A stretch of 64,000 nt of DNA. It comes from Obrimoposthia wandeli. Lineage: Eukaryota. How positions within the stretch are numbered: position 1 is the first letter of the stretch; the number at the start of each line of letters is the position of its first letter. The DNA is taken from positions 744,001 through 808,000 of the forward strand of contig CDROCS010001087.1 in the NCBI GenBank assembly GCA_977020255.1. The letters run 5' to 3'. Below the pieces are notes generated by a model. That model made no database searches. It worked only from the letters and a program-made list of their open reading frames with translations, and had not been told where the DNA came from. Both the position numbers and the translations under genes were made by a program. Of the stretch, positions 54,315 to 64,000 are shown one piece after another.

Positions 54315-54752
54315 TTATATTTTAAGGGATTTAAAAATATAATTCAAAATAAAACATTTAAAATTTTTATTTTTATAACACACTAATCGTTTTGCATAAA
54401 ATACATAAATGTCCACAGTTTCTCGTCGCAGGATCCTGATATTGTATCTTGTTGTAAAATACTCTTCTTCGTCCTTTTTGAATAGTTGAAACAAGTTTGT
54501 GTGGATAATACATTGCAAGTGGATCAAATACATTATTGTCCACTCTCTAACATAAATAGCTATCCAATGTTCTCCTGGTAAATTCGAAGTATGAGTATTG
54601 ATAATGTATCCTCCAGATTGAAAAAATGGAATCATATCAATAGGATAAACTCCATTGAATTTATCACCCAAGACCTTCTCTGTTAATTCTTGTACTTGTA
54701 CTGAACTAAATAAAAATTAATAAATATAAATTTAAAAAATATCTTACTTAAT
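54315..54752 (-). pseudogene. Adenain-like cysteine protease (Polinton PRO)
   Basis: GVYPID..IINTHTSNLPGEHWIAI (His), VFDPLA (Asp) and, after frameshifts, QYQDPATRNCGHLC (Cys); 42-nt intron 54706-54747 near the start; start codon appears lost. Confidence 0.85.
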
Positions 54753-54859
54753 TCTATAATATGACAGTTCTGTTTTTATTTATTTAGGTAAAACATTATC
54801 AAATTCATCAAACGCTTTTTGCCTTATTTTAAGCTTTTATGGTTTTTATTGTATGGGTT

Positions 54860-55409
54860 TCAAAGGTATTTCTGTTTAAACCAATTGTTTTTAGCGAGTT
54901 TATCATCAAATAAAACTCGTATTATATTGCTCTTTACTGTAAACGTTATTTTACTATTTTTCAATGTTAAACATTTATCGAAATATTCACTACATTCCTT
55001 CTGTATTAATTTACAGAAATTCACTTCACTATCTAATTTATAATCTTTTGAAAACATTTTCAGTTCCACTACATATTCAAACATGCATTTTTCTTTCATT
55101 TTCTCTGCAGTTTTAAAAAGATTTATCTGTTTCCTAAGATTAGCCGAAATCGTGATTGATTGTATTGCAGTGATTCGAATTCCAAATGGTAAATTGAACC
55201 CAAGCATTGGTATTTTGCATCCCATAACACGACAATTTCCTAAAATAATTCAATATGAAAATAAAATAATAAAACTAACCTGTAGGAAAAATAACAACTG
55301 TAAAATTGTCAAACATTTCCACATATTGTCTCGGCTTCCATTCATTGAATGGTAAGTACGAAACATCATCTTCTGTTCTATCTTTATAATTTATATTTAC
55401 GAGTTTCAT
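54860..55409 (-). CDS. TATA-box-binding-protein-like protein (divergent)
   Basis: ATG at 55409; phase-1 intron 55240-55279 gives MKLVNINYK..KPRQYV..TVVIFPTG|NCRVMGCK..IQSITISANLRKQINL..CMFE, collinear with TBP QLQNIVST..TALIFSSGKMVCTGAK..IQNMVGSCDVKFPIRL..SYE; C-terminal part does not resemble TBP. Confidence 0.6.
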
Positions 55410-55624
55410 TAGACTAAAATTGTATTCTGTAAATTCTTCTTTATATATGTCTGAACCTGTTTTTTATTGCACATTTCTTGTAATTATCTTGCAAACCTAT
55501 TATAATTGGATGATATATTTAATCCAATCAAATTCAATGCTTTAGTTATATTAACCAATGAGATTCATGTCTTTGTTAGAAATTAGTATAAAAGAATGCG
55601 CCATTGGAGGACAAATCACAGTAA

Positions 55625-56109
55625 ATGCATTCATATCAAAGACAATTATCAACAATGGATGATAGCCAACGGGTATTAAGCGGTGACGAAGATTCGGAAA
55701 TATTTGAAGAATCGGATAAGGATATGTATGAAGAAGTGAAACAGTATTTCAAATACAAAGTCAGATTCTTGAAGAAGGCTCAACTGATTGCTTTAGTTAA
55801 TCCTGTGACAATTGAAAGAAGAAAGTTCAGCTACTATCTATCAGGTATTCAAAAACCTGATTTTCAATATCTTAAACAGAAAATAGAAAAGACAGTTCCA
55901 AATTTTACTTTCAATAAGAACGAATTTTATATCCGAGGACCAGATTTCTAGCATTTCTAGATGACTATGGAAGATATGTTGATATTGATGCGTTTCCGAA
56001 AAAGAAGCAATGGACTGTAACAATTCGACTTTATGGTTACAAGAAAGATGAAATTGGAACAAAGTTGCCTATGTGGAAAATTGAACGTGCTCATATTTCT
56101 ATGTTTTAA
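55625..56109 (+). pseudogene. Putative OB-fold ssDNA-binding protein, paralog A
   Basis: Frameshift near 55950; clear similarity to paralog B; C-terminal WTVTIRLYGY..LPMWKI. Confidence 0.45.
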
Positions 56110-56246
56110 CTTTTGCATGTCATAAATTGTAATCAGTTTTACTATGTTTCTTTCATTTAATAATCAGTTTTATTTATTTAAATATTTGTATCTTATATGT
56201 ATTTTTTTATAAACATTGTTTTTTTAATCAGTTTCCTTATTTTAGA

Positions 56247-56651
56247 ATGGATAAGAGATGTGTAGCAAATTTTTCTCATCCAGAAAGAATTTCAAAAGAA
56301 AAACTATGTAATATATTAAAGAGGCATCAAATTATACGAGTTATGAATCCTGTGAAAATATCAAAAGTGGAGAATAAATATCTCATCGAAATTTTAACAA
56401 CATCTGATTTTGATCAATTGAAAAATATTTTGGGATTTTACATTCCTGATTATGTATATGAAGGAAATTGTTTCGAGCTTGAACCTGATCCCAGTCTAGA
56501 TTTTAAAGATGATCTAGGATATTTGATTGCTCCAATTCTAGATGAAGAACTATGGAATATCTCAATACGTCTCAATGGATATTTTGCTGATGACGGGAAA
56601 ATGCAGCCTCTTTGGACTTTGAGTGAAGCCAATATGTTGTTTTATGTTTAA
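56247..56651 (+). CDS. Putative OB-fold ssDNA-binding protein, paralog B
   Basis: Intact 134-aa ORF; C-terminal WNISIRLNGY..G..QPLWTLSEA; the SSB function is inferred from pattern only. Confidence 0.5.
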   Translation: MDKRCVANFSHPERISKEKLCNILKRHQIIRVMNPVKISKVENKYLIEILTTSDFDQLKNILGFYIPDYVYEGNCFELEPDPSLDFKDDLGYLIAPILDEELWNISIRLNGYFADDGKMQPLWTLSEANMLFYV

Positions 56652-56789
56652 TAAATGTTTTGAAAAATAATTTTGAAAAATAATTTTGACTCGTATTTTG
56701 TTTTTTCTCCTCTAAATTATATAGATCTGACCGATTTTTTATCCTATAAATTCTAAAACTGACATAGATATTTAACATGTAAGGATATT

Positions 56790-56930
56790 CATCACTTTCA
56801 CCCATCACCCACCGATTTTCACCCATCACCCATCGACTTTCACCCAACACCTATCGACTTTCCCCCAACACCCATCGACTTTCACCCATCACCCAACGAC
56901 TTTCACCCAACACCCATCGACTTACACCCA
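56790..56930 (+). repeat. 21-bp tandem repeat (~7 units) in the right subterminal region
   Basis: Consensus CATCGACTTTCACCCA(A/T)CACC; ~3 inverted copies at ~46287-46345 in the left end. Confidence 0.9.
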
Positions 56931-57175
56931 CCGTTCAACATCCATCACCCAAGGAAGTATGTGAAATACACCCGTCCCAAGCCTTTCCAATACAAGCCTT
57001 TCCAATACACCCGTCCCAAATGTTTTTTCGGACCCTCCCTCCTGTCCTTTAAAACCGTGCATGTGTGTGGAGTGAAATTTCACTCCACACCTACACGAAA
57101 TTTCACTCCACACACTTACACGGTTTTTAGACAGGGGGGAGGGGGTGTGGATTAGACCGGACACATCCACCTACT
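56880..57175 (-). repeat. Right terminal inverted repeat with subterminal palindrome
   Basis: Reverse complement of the left end; ends ...GGACACATCCACCTACT. Confidence 0.92.
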
Positions 57176-57259
57176 GCATATTATAATGAAACTGTATTAG
57201 AAGATGTTTATAATCTAGAGTATACATAGAAGCCTAGACAACATTTGGAGTATACTATT

Positions 57260-57500
57260 ATATTTATCAAAACTGATTATCATCCGAAATTACAGTGGAA
57301 TGATGGAAATGATTTGATACAAATTATTGAAGATTCGAAAAATATATATTATGTTGTGGGTCAGAAGAAAATATATGTATTTAAGTGAATCTTTCTTAAT
57401 TGGAAGTTTACAAAATTTAATATGAACTATCAAAATATGGAGTATCCTTGAAACATAAGATGTACATTTCGTGAACATGGTATTTAAAGTATTTGAATAT
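57260..57500 (+). pseudogene. Decayed DEDD-like exonuclease homolog of the older element
   Basis: HPKLQWNDG..YYVVGQKK..P-NIRCTFREHG parallels HLLKWKEG..FYV..GKK..PRNICCRYRNHG of 49069-49560. Confidence 0.6.
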
Positions 57501-59299
57501 GTTTGCCTTTCTAATAAATAATTATTAATTCTGTCTTAAATGCTATTGAAATTCCAGCAAATATTAAAAAAAGCAATGTTTAAACTGAGTTTAAAAATAT
57601 TTGAAATTTTTTAATATATATAACAACGATCTCTTTTTTAATTAATTATTATCAGATTATTTTAAAGTTAAAAAATTAGTTAAAGTTAACTTTATTTTAA
57701 AATTTGTAACACATAATTCTAAATTTTATTTTAAAAATGTGTAAAAATTAAAACAGTTTTACTCAGTTTACTTGAAAAATGTACATTGATTTTATTAAAT
57801 ATTTTTTTACTATAATTTTTATAAATACTTAAAATCTATTATGTTTAATAATATAAAAAATAACTGATAATAAATATATATTGTTTGTTTAGTTTTTAAA
57901 ACAAAAATAATAATAAATTACATTTGTTGGATGAACAGACTCTCCTAACATCTAATAAAGTAGCTCCCATGAGATCATCTGATCCAGATGACATTTGTCT
58001 TGGTTATCAAAAAGTTGATGATGGAGGGGAGTATGTCTGGTAATTGATATCTTTGAGAAAATATTAGAAATCAATATAAGACATTTTTATAATCAACTTA
58101 CATTAGATGTTCAACCGAGATTCGTTGATGAAGCATGTGGTAGATCCATTGTTGAACAAATTAATAAAGAAATAAAATAAAAACAAAACTTATATTTCCT
58201 GACAAATTATCGACTGATTGTTGCTGTTGTTTTCTTTATTGTGAATAATAATTAAAAATTAAAAATTACTATATTATTTCTGCCATTGATGTGAGCCATG
58301 AATGAATACTAATTCATAACTCCGGTTTTGAAGTGGTTTCATTTAAACATTTTAAATGAAAATCTTAGTTAACATGTGAATATATACCCTATTTGAATTT
58401 TGTATGGTTGATCTAACAACATCTGACGATTGTAAAGTGTTTCAATAAATCAAATCTGATGACTTTGAACCTGCGTGTTCAGTATCAATCATCAGTTGTC
58501 ACTGAATTACTTCGGTAGATGGACTTTGACTGGGTTCGGTCAACCTTTTCGGTTGACTTTTTCGGGGTACCTCTTTTCCTAGAGTCCTCATATCTACATA
58601 CTTATTTGTAATATGTGTTTTTTAATTTTTAAAAATATTTATTACGGTATATTTTATAAATGTAATGACTTCATATTTACAGAAAAAATCGAAATAAATA
58701 TTTCACATTCACCACTTTCTTGATTTTATTCACATATTTCATTAATAGGTTTGATATAAAATTATACGTTTATAAATGCAAATCGTTGATAAATATTTAA
58801 ATTAAATTAATTTATTTCAGAAATAGAATACACAGAGTAACATTTATTGTTTTATTCTATTTTACATGTTTTCTTTATAATCTGAGGTCACGGAGATCAC
58901 GATTCTGACATTAATTTTTCAATTCCATAAATCTGTTTAAATTATTTTTAGTTTTCAATATTTAAATATAGTAGAAATTACGAAAATTTGAAGAAATAAA
59001 TAATGCACTTATCAAACACAAGAAAATTATCCCACTTATTTATATATATAAAATCTGTAAAATTAATAAGAACAAAAGTCAATTTTTCAAATGATCCATA
59101 TATTTAAAAAAATAACCGTGTCAGGTAATGTTTCAATAAAATCCATAAATAAAATTACAAATAGTCAAAATAAACAACTTTATCTAAATTGAAATTGAAC
59201 ATTTCTGTTGACATTCTCAGTCAGTATTGCCTAATACGTTTCAAATATAATTCATGGTAATGTTCTATAATTTTATTTGAAGTATCGAAATATTTTTTA

Positions 59300-59364
59300 A
59301 CGCGACCCTTTTGGAAAATCAGTCGTCCCCCTTGTGGTCGTGCCCTACACTTTGGAAACCGCTG
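59300..59364. mobile_element. Right end of a Charlie-like hAT MITE
   Basis: CGCGACCC...TTTGGAAACCGCTG followed by CTCTAAA, similar to the ends of 34893-35148; left end not found. Confidence 0.5.
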
Positions 59365-62329
59365 CTCTAAATCCTTTAAAACTTTTATTAGTTTCATGTG
59401 GCTTCAATGAAATGTAGTCAGAGTTGATTAGTTTATTCGATTATCATCGATTTTGAAACTTTTTTGTATAGTTTGAATTTTGTAAAAAGCATTGATCAAA
59501 ATTATCAAAATCGAAACCCCGAGTCCAGGTACCAAGGACGACGGCGGCAAAAATATCAGACATCGTCAATGTTATGTCAATATCTAGCTATTGGCTAATA
59601 ACTGTAGTTGCATAAACATTTTGTAATTTAAATATTAATAAAGAAATATTAGATAAAGAAAAGTAGCAATAAAACTAAACGCACATGACAATAAAAGGCT
59701 TTTTAATGATTAAACAACTATTTAAAAATCAAAAAGGTAACATTAGAATATCTTAAAAAAAGTCAAATGAAGAAAATTAACAATACATATAAATTCAAAA
59801 GCCGAAAATTAAATAGTTCGTAATAGTGGCTAAAACAAATTTTTTAGACTAGTCTTTAATAAATAAAAATATAACGTAATACTCATAATATATGCTACCT
59901 CTCCCTCCTTTATTTTGAACATGAACTTAAGTCATATGTGGAATTAAATTTAAGGCTTAATTATTCTTTTTAAGAATAATAAAGGTGTCAGCTTAGTACA
60001 GCAGCACAACATTGAAGAGCAACGATGTAATAATACGGTGTAATTAATAGGTAAATGGGGATTTCTAAGGTAGAAAATAATACTTACCCTCAGCACATAA
60101 GAAGCAGGTTGAGTTTAGGTAATATTTAGGAAGCAAGTGAGTCGTATAGGATATTTAGTTTGTAAAACTTTCATATATTGTTAGTTACATTATTTGGAAT
60201 TTAATATATATAACTTAAAATTTCTCATAGCAAATAAATTTTTGTTGTAGGAAATTTTGGACATCAGTCAAAAATAAACTACACACAAATATAATCCTGG
60301 AGACAACGTTTTAACTACTCCTGCTTAATCTCGCTGACCCAAGTTAATGAAAAACTAGACAGATTATGCATTCATGTTTTAAGTTTATTTCATGAAAGCT
60401 TACGCTTCTCTCAAGTCTAACATACAAGTAAAAAGACCTTTGTTCCCGATAAAACAATGCAAGAATTAATTTTAGTTTCCAGACCACTGTTTCCTTATTA
60501 AATCTTGCAAACACAACAAATTATATACTTTAAAAGGATAACTTAAGCATTTTTATATTAATATCCTAAAAATATAAATTTTTAATATAAATTTAAAAAA
60601 TTATGTAATTCACTAAAATGAATGTTTATGAAAATTAAACATAGCAGACTAAAATTTTCTCGGAAACGTTTCTGTTTCTTGGTGTTTGCGATGTTCAGCC
60701 TCATAAGTAAGGTAATAAATGTTCATTATAATTCTCACAAACTGTGTGCATGATAATTTGCCGTTTATATCATTTATCCTACGAGTGCATATATGACACT
60801 GACTTTAAACAGTACAACGAAAATATCGGAGTTTCCAAGGTTGTACCCGTTGGATTCTTCAGTACCCATTTAAGAACATACGTTTCATCTTGCTAAAATA
60901 TATTGCGAGTATGTCATGTGTCATTTTATTATGTCAGAAGAATTAAAGTAGTAAACGTTTTCACATAATAATTAATTTGAGATAGAACTCTAAATTTCAC
61001 AAAACTTATAATTTAAAACATTGCTTGGTCCTCTTTAATTAATGATTAGTGGTTTAATGAGTTTTAAATTTATTTTTAAAGTTGTTTTAGCAATTTTAGT
61101 ATAATTGTATTTCTTATATTTTCCTTTAAATTTATATTTTAATTTTAACTAAATTTAATTAAATTTTAGAATCATTTAATTTGGATTTATTCATTCTAAT
61201 TCACTTTGATAGTTATATGCAAACTTCCGAAACTTGTTTATATGTGCTTTCTAAAATTTCGTTTCCATATTGAAAAGTTAAATCAATAAACTGTACAGCT
61301 CATTCTGAAATGAAATTTTCTTTCAGGACAATATCTAAATTTGTCAGTATTCTCAAACTTGAGAAAAAAGAAAATTGGAGCAATTTAACTGAACTGTTCT
61401 CAGAACTGCGGTGTGAATCAATAAATTGTTCGTCAAGAAACAAAAAAATCGTCGACAAAGTGTACAAGAAATGCTAAAAATGCAAGTGCTGAAGAGGAGA
61501 GACAGAAATTAGGGGGAAACAAATGAAGCCGGGGAAAGAAGGCCACTCTGGGAAATCGGAGTTCATCTTCTTACTCGAAATAATCGAATCGAAGCCTCAT
61601 TTCATGCTCAGTTGATTTAGGTCACATTTAGCAAATTGAAATTAAATTACAGACATAGATAGTTTGTCATATGTCATTCGTTTTTGACTTACAGCACTCT
61701 AACACGTCTCGCTACAGATTCGGATAGAAAGAAGACAGGGAAAAGACAAATGTATATGCTCAGCAGATGAACTGTCTGTAGACAACTTGAACTTGTGTTT
61801 TCGACTTTTGTTTTCCCAAGGAGATTGAATCACAAGATGGTGGAAGCTCCCAAAACCTGACACAACATTTGCATTACTTTTCTATTATAATCAATTTAAA
61901 ATTTAAAGACAGTATTATTATGTTTCTAACGACACGTAGGAAAGGGGAAGTGAAATCCTTTGGAAAGACGAAACTAACGAACCTTTCAGAGTATTCATCC
62001 GTAATTACTGACATGTTTGCTATCTTATCAACAACAAATGAATCCACTTAAAATGAAACAATGTAGATGTATAAATGTTGGTGAAGTTTAACAATTTGCC
62101 TGGAGCTATTTGAAGCGAATGAAACCAAGACCTTTATTGAAAAGGTTTACCGCTTAAGGAAAGTGCGCAAAAAAGAGAAATGTATGTCTATAGATTTTCA
62201 TCAGCATATAAAGAATAGACTTCCCAGACTTATTTAAACATCAATTTACATAAGCCACAAAGATGTACCCTGTACACTCTCAGCCAAGAAGGAGATTGTT
62301 GATAATGGAGTTCAGAAATCAACTTTCTT

Positions 62330-62900
62330 CTTACAATTCGAGATTAACACTTCTTCCTAGTCAATATCGCAAGAAATCGTAACGTCATTAAAGTGTCATT
62401 TGTTAATGGGTATGGTACTTAAAAGAGACAACCGAAAGCCTTGAAGAATGACGTTGACTAGGAGCTTCTAATCTGATTTACTGAGGTTAACTATCAGAAT
62501 TTGTCTGATTATGATTTACTAGCTGCTGAAAAATAAAATAACTTTGTTCTCCAATTGCTAAGAACTTCACTGCAAGCAATGGTCGGGTTATGTGACAATT
62601 ATGTCCCACCATCAGTATAAAATATTGTAGTTATCGATCAGCAGAGTATTAACAACTTTGATTCTTATTTCTTCATTGATATGCATATGCTGTTAACCAG
62701 TGAAAATCTTGAAAATACTGAATTTGTTGCAGAAGTACAAAATATGACAAGCACTTCTGAAGAAAAAAGGTTGATGAAGAATATGCTACCGGTGGCGTGT
62801 ACGAGGCTTCTTCAACAAAGAACACTATTAAAAGAACATATATTTTTCGATATTGCTGCAAATCCAGTGTAACTTCGAATAATGCAGTGTATACGTGTCC
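62330..62900 (+). mobile_element. Internally deleted Tigger transposase remnant
   Basis: CENP-B/Tc5 HTH-like ELLI-FTEV..NL..LLAAEK..FTASNG joined to the C-terminal FDSYFFID..LTSENLENTEFVAEV. Confidence 0.55.
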
Positions 62901-63263
62901 TTCTTCAACACCTTGAAGTTTAGGCCAGAAGAGAATGCAATTAAAGAAAATTATACTTTTTCTCGCAAACAAAATATATTTATGATAAATCAAAGACAGA
63001 TGCTGTAATTTCAATTAAAAAGATAGAGTGTTTGCTCAGTTAAAATTTAGATATTACTACAACCAAAACTATTTTTGAATATAAAAGTGGATTTAGTGCT
63101 CTTTTTATTATATATTTACTACAATAAGTAGTATATATAGATATAGTAGATAGAAAAAGCCAGAAAATTTGTGTTAATTGAAATATATTCACATGTACTA
63201 ATGTACCAAACCAGTGGCTTTTGGAAATATATGAAATATTTGAATATATAAAATGTGTATATA

Positions 63264-63290
63264 TACGTGGTACGTTCAAAATGTTCCTGG
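63264..63290 (+). repeat. Possible mariner-type TIR
   Basis: TACGTGGTACGTTCAAAATGTTCCTGG resembles mariner TIRs; partner end not convincing. Confidence 0.25.
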
Positions 63291-64000
63291 TTTAACATAG
63301 AAATAAGAATGTAAACAAATATTTTTTTTATTTAACGACAACATATAAAGTTTATTTTTCTGTATAGGACAAGAAATCAGGATCACATTTATAAAAAATT
63401 CGCGAACACTGTCGATCAAATAATATCTGGTGTTGAACTTAATATCTTTCAAATGCTATATATAAGGTTTATGGTGTAATATAATAATATATAAAGGTAA
63501 TTTTAGCCGTAGAACATAAACTAATGTTATACATAGAAATAGTTATGCATCTGCAAATGTGTGTTCCGGACAAAAGACGAGATTTGTTTATATGGTATTG
63601 ACATATCTCTGGTCGAAAGTTATTAAAATGCATAGATATAAGCCACGTTAGTTAAATTCCTATATGTTTGTTTTTATATCTATAGTCAAAATGTAAAGTG
63701 AATTTTAAAAAAATCGTTTACATTCTTAATATAAAAGAAACAATTTCTTATCTATGGTGAGATTTTTAGGTGAGCATTAGGGTGTCACATTTAATTATTT
63801 AAAGAATTAACAGTGCGAATAGTAAATATTAGATTCAGTATATGTTAAAACATAACTATGTGATATTTTAATTTAACATATTATATATTCAAATGAGGGT
63901 GAATGTTTTTATAAAAAGTAAAAACAATAATTTTTATTATTATACAATTCACGATTCGTAATTATTGTTAAATTTTAATACAAAAATGAATTCTTGACGA

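Larger units (their letters stand above)
46067..57175. mobile_element. Polinton/Maverick-like element (11,109 bp) lacking integrase, capsid and ATPase genes
   Basis: 5'-AG...CT-3' termini, long TIRs, exact 6-bp TSD GCATAT (46061-46066 / 57176-57181), pPolB and adenain-like protease. Confidence 0.95.
42441..58602. mobile_element. Older, decayed Polinton-like element hosting the younger element
   Basis: Left end AGTAGGTAGATATGATGACTCCAAG; right end reverse complement AGTATGTAGATATGAGGACTCTAGG; both contain CAAAGTCCATC further in; degenerate TSD GACTTG/TATTTG (4/6); contains pPolB and exonuclease remnants. Confidence 0.7.

Noticed and set aside
56790-56930. CRISPR-like array
   Set aside because: Head-to-tail 21-bp units with no unique spacers, in a eukaryotic context with no cas genes.
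57135-57160. G-quadruplex at the element termini
   Set aside because: Only two long G-runs plus GG pairs, and run lengths vary between copies; better explained as part of the palindrome arms.

Overview
AT-rich metazoan (probably invertebrate) genomic DNA. The + strand carries the last four coding exons of a host single-pass membrane protein gene (TM exon 252-451, a ~34.7 kb intron, then exons 35192-35423, 35594-36018 and 39531-39700). The intron is full of decayed Tigger, Tc1/mariner, Chapaev3, L2, gypsy and hAT remnants. The main feature is an 11.1 kb Polinton/Maverick-like element at 46067-57175 with AGTAGG...CCTACT termini, an exact 6-bp TSD (GCATAT) and TIRs containing long subterminal palindromes. 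It encodes a protein-primed PolB with a spliced N-terminal extension, an adenain-like protease, a DEDD-like exonuclease, a TBP-like protein, two tandem paralogous putative SSBs and two orphan genes. I find eight predicted 37-79 nt spliceosomal introns, but no integrase, capsid or packaging ATPase and no room for them. The element sits inside an older, decayed relative (42441-58602). Two terminus-only mini-derivatives (298 bp at 24860-25157, 185 bp at 36140-36324), each with its own exact 6-bp TSD, lie nearby. This copy is pseudogenised (many stops and frameshifts). All protein family calls come from motifs read by eye, not database searches.
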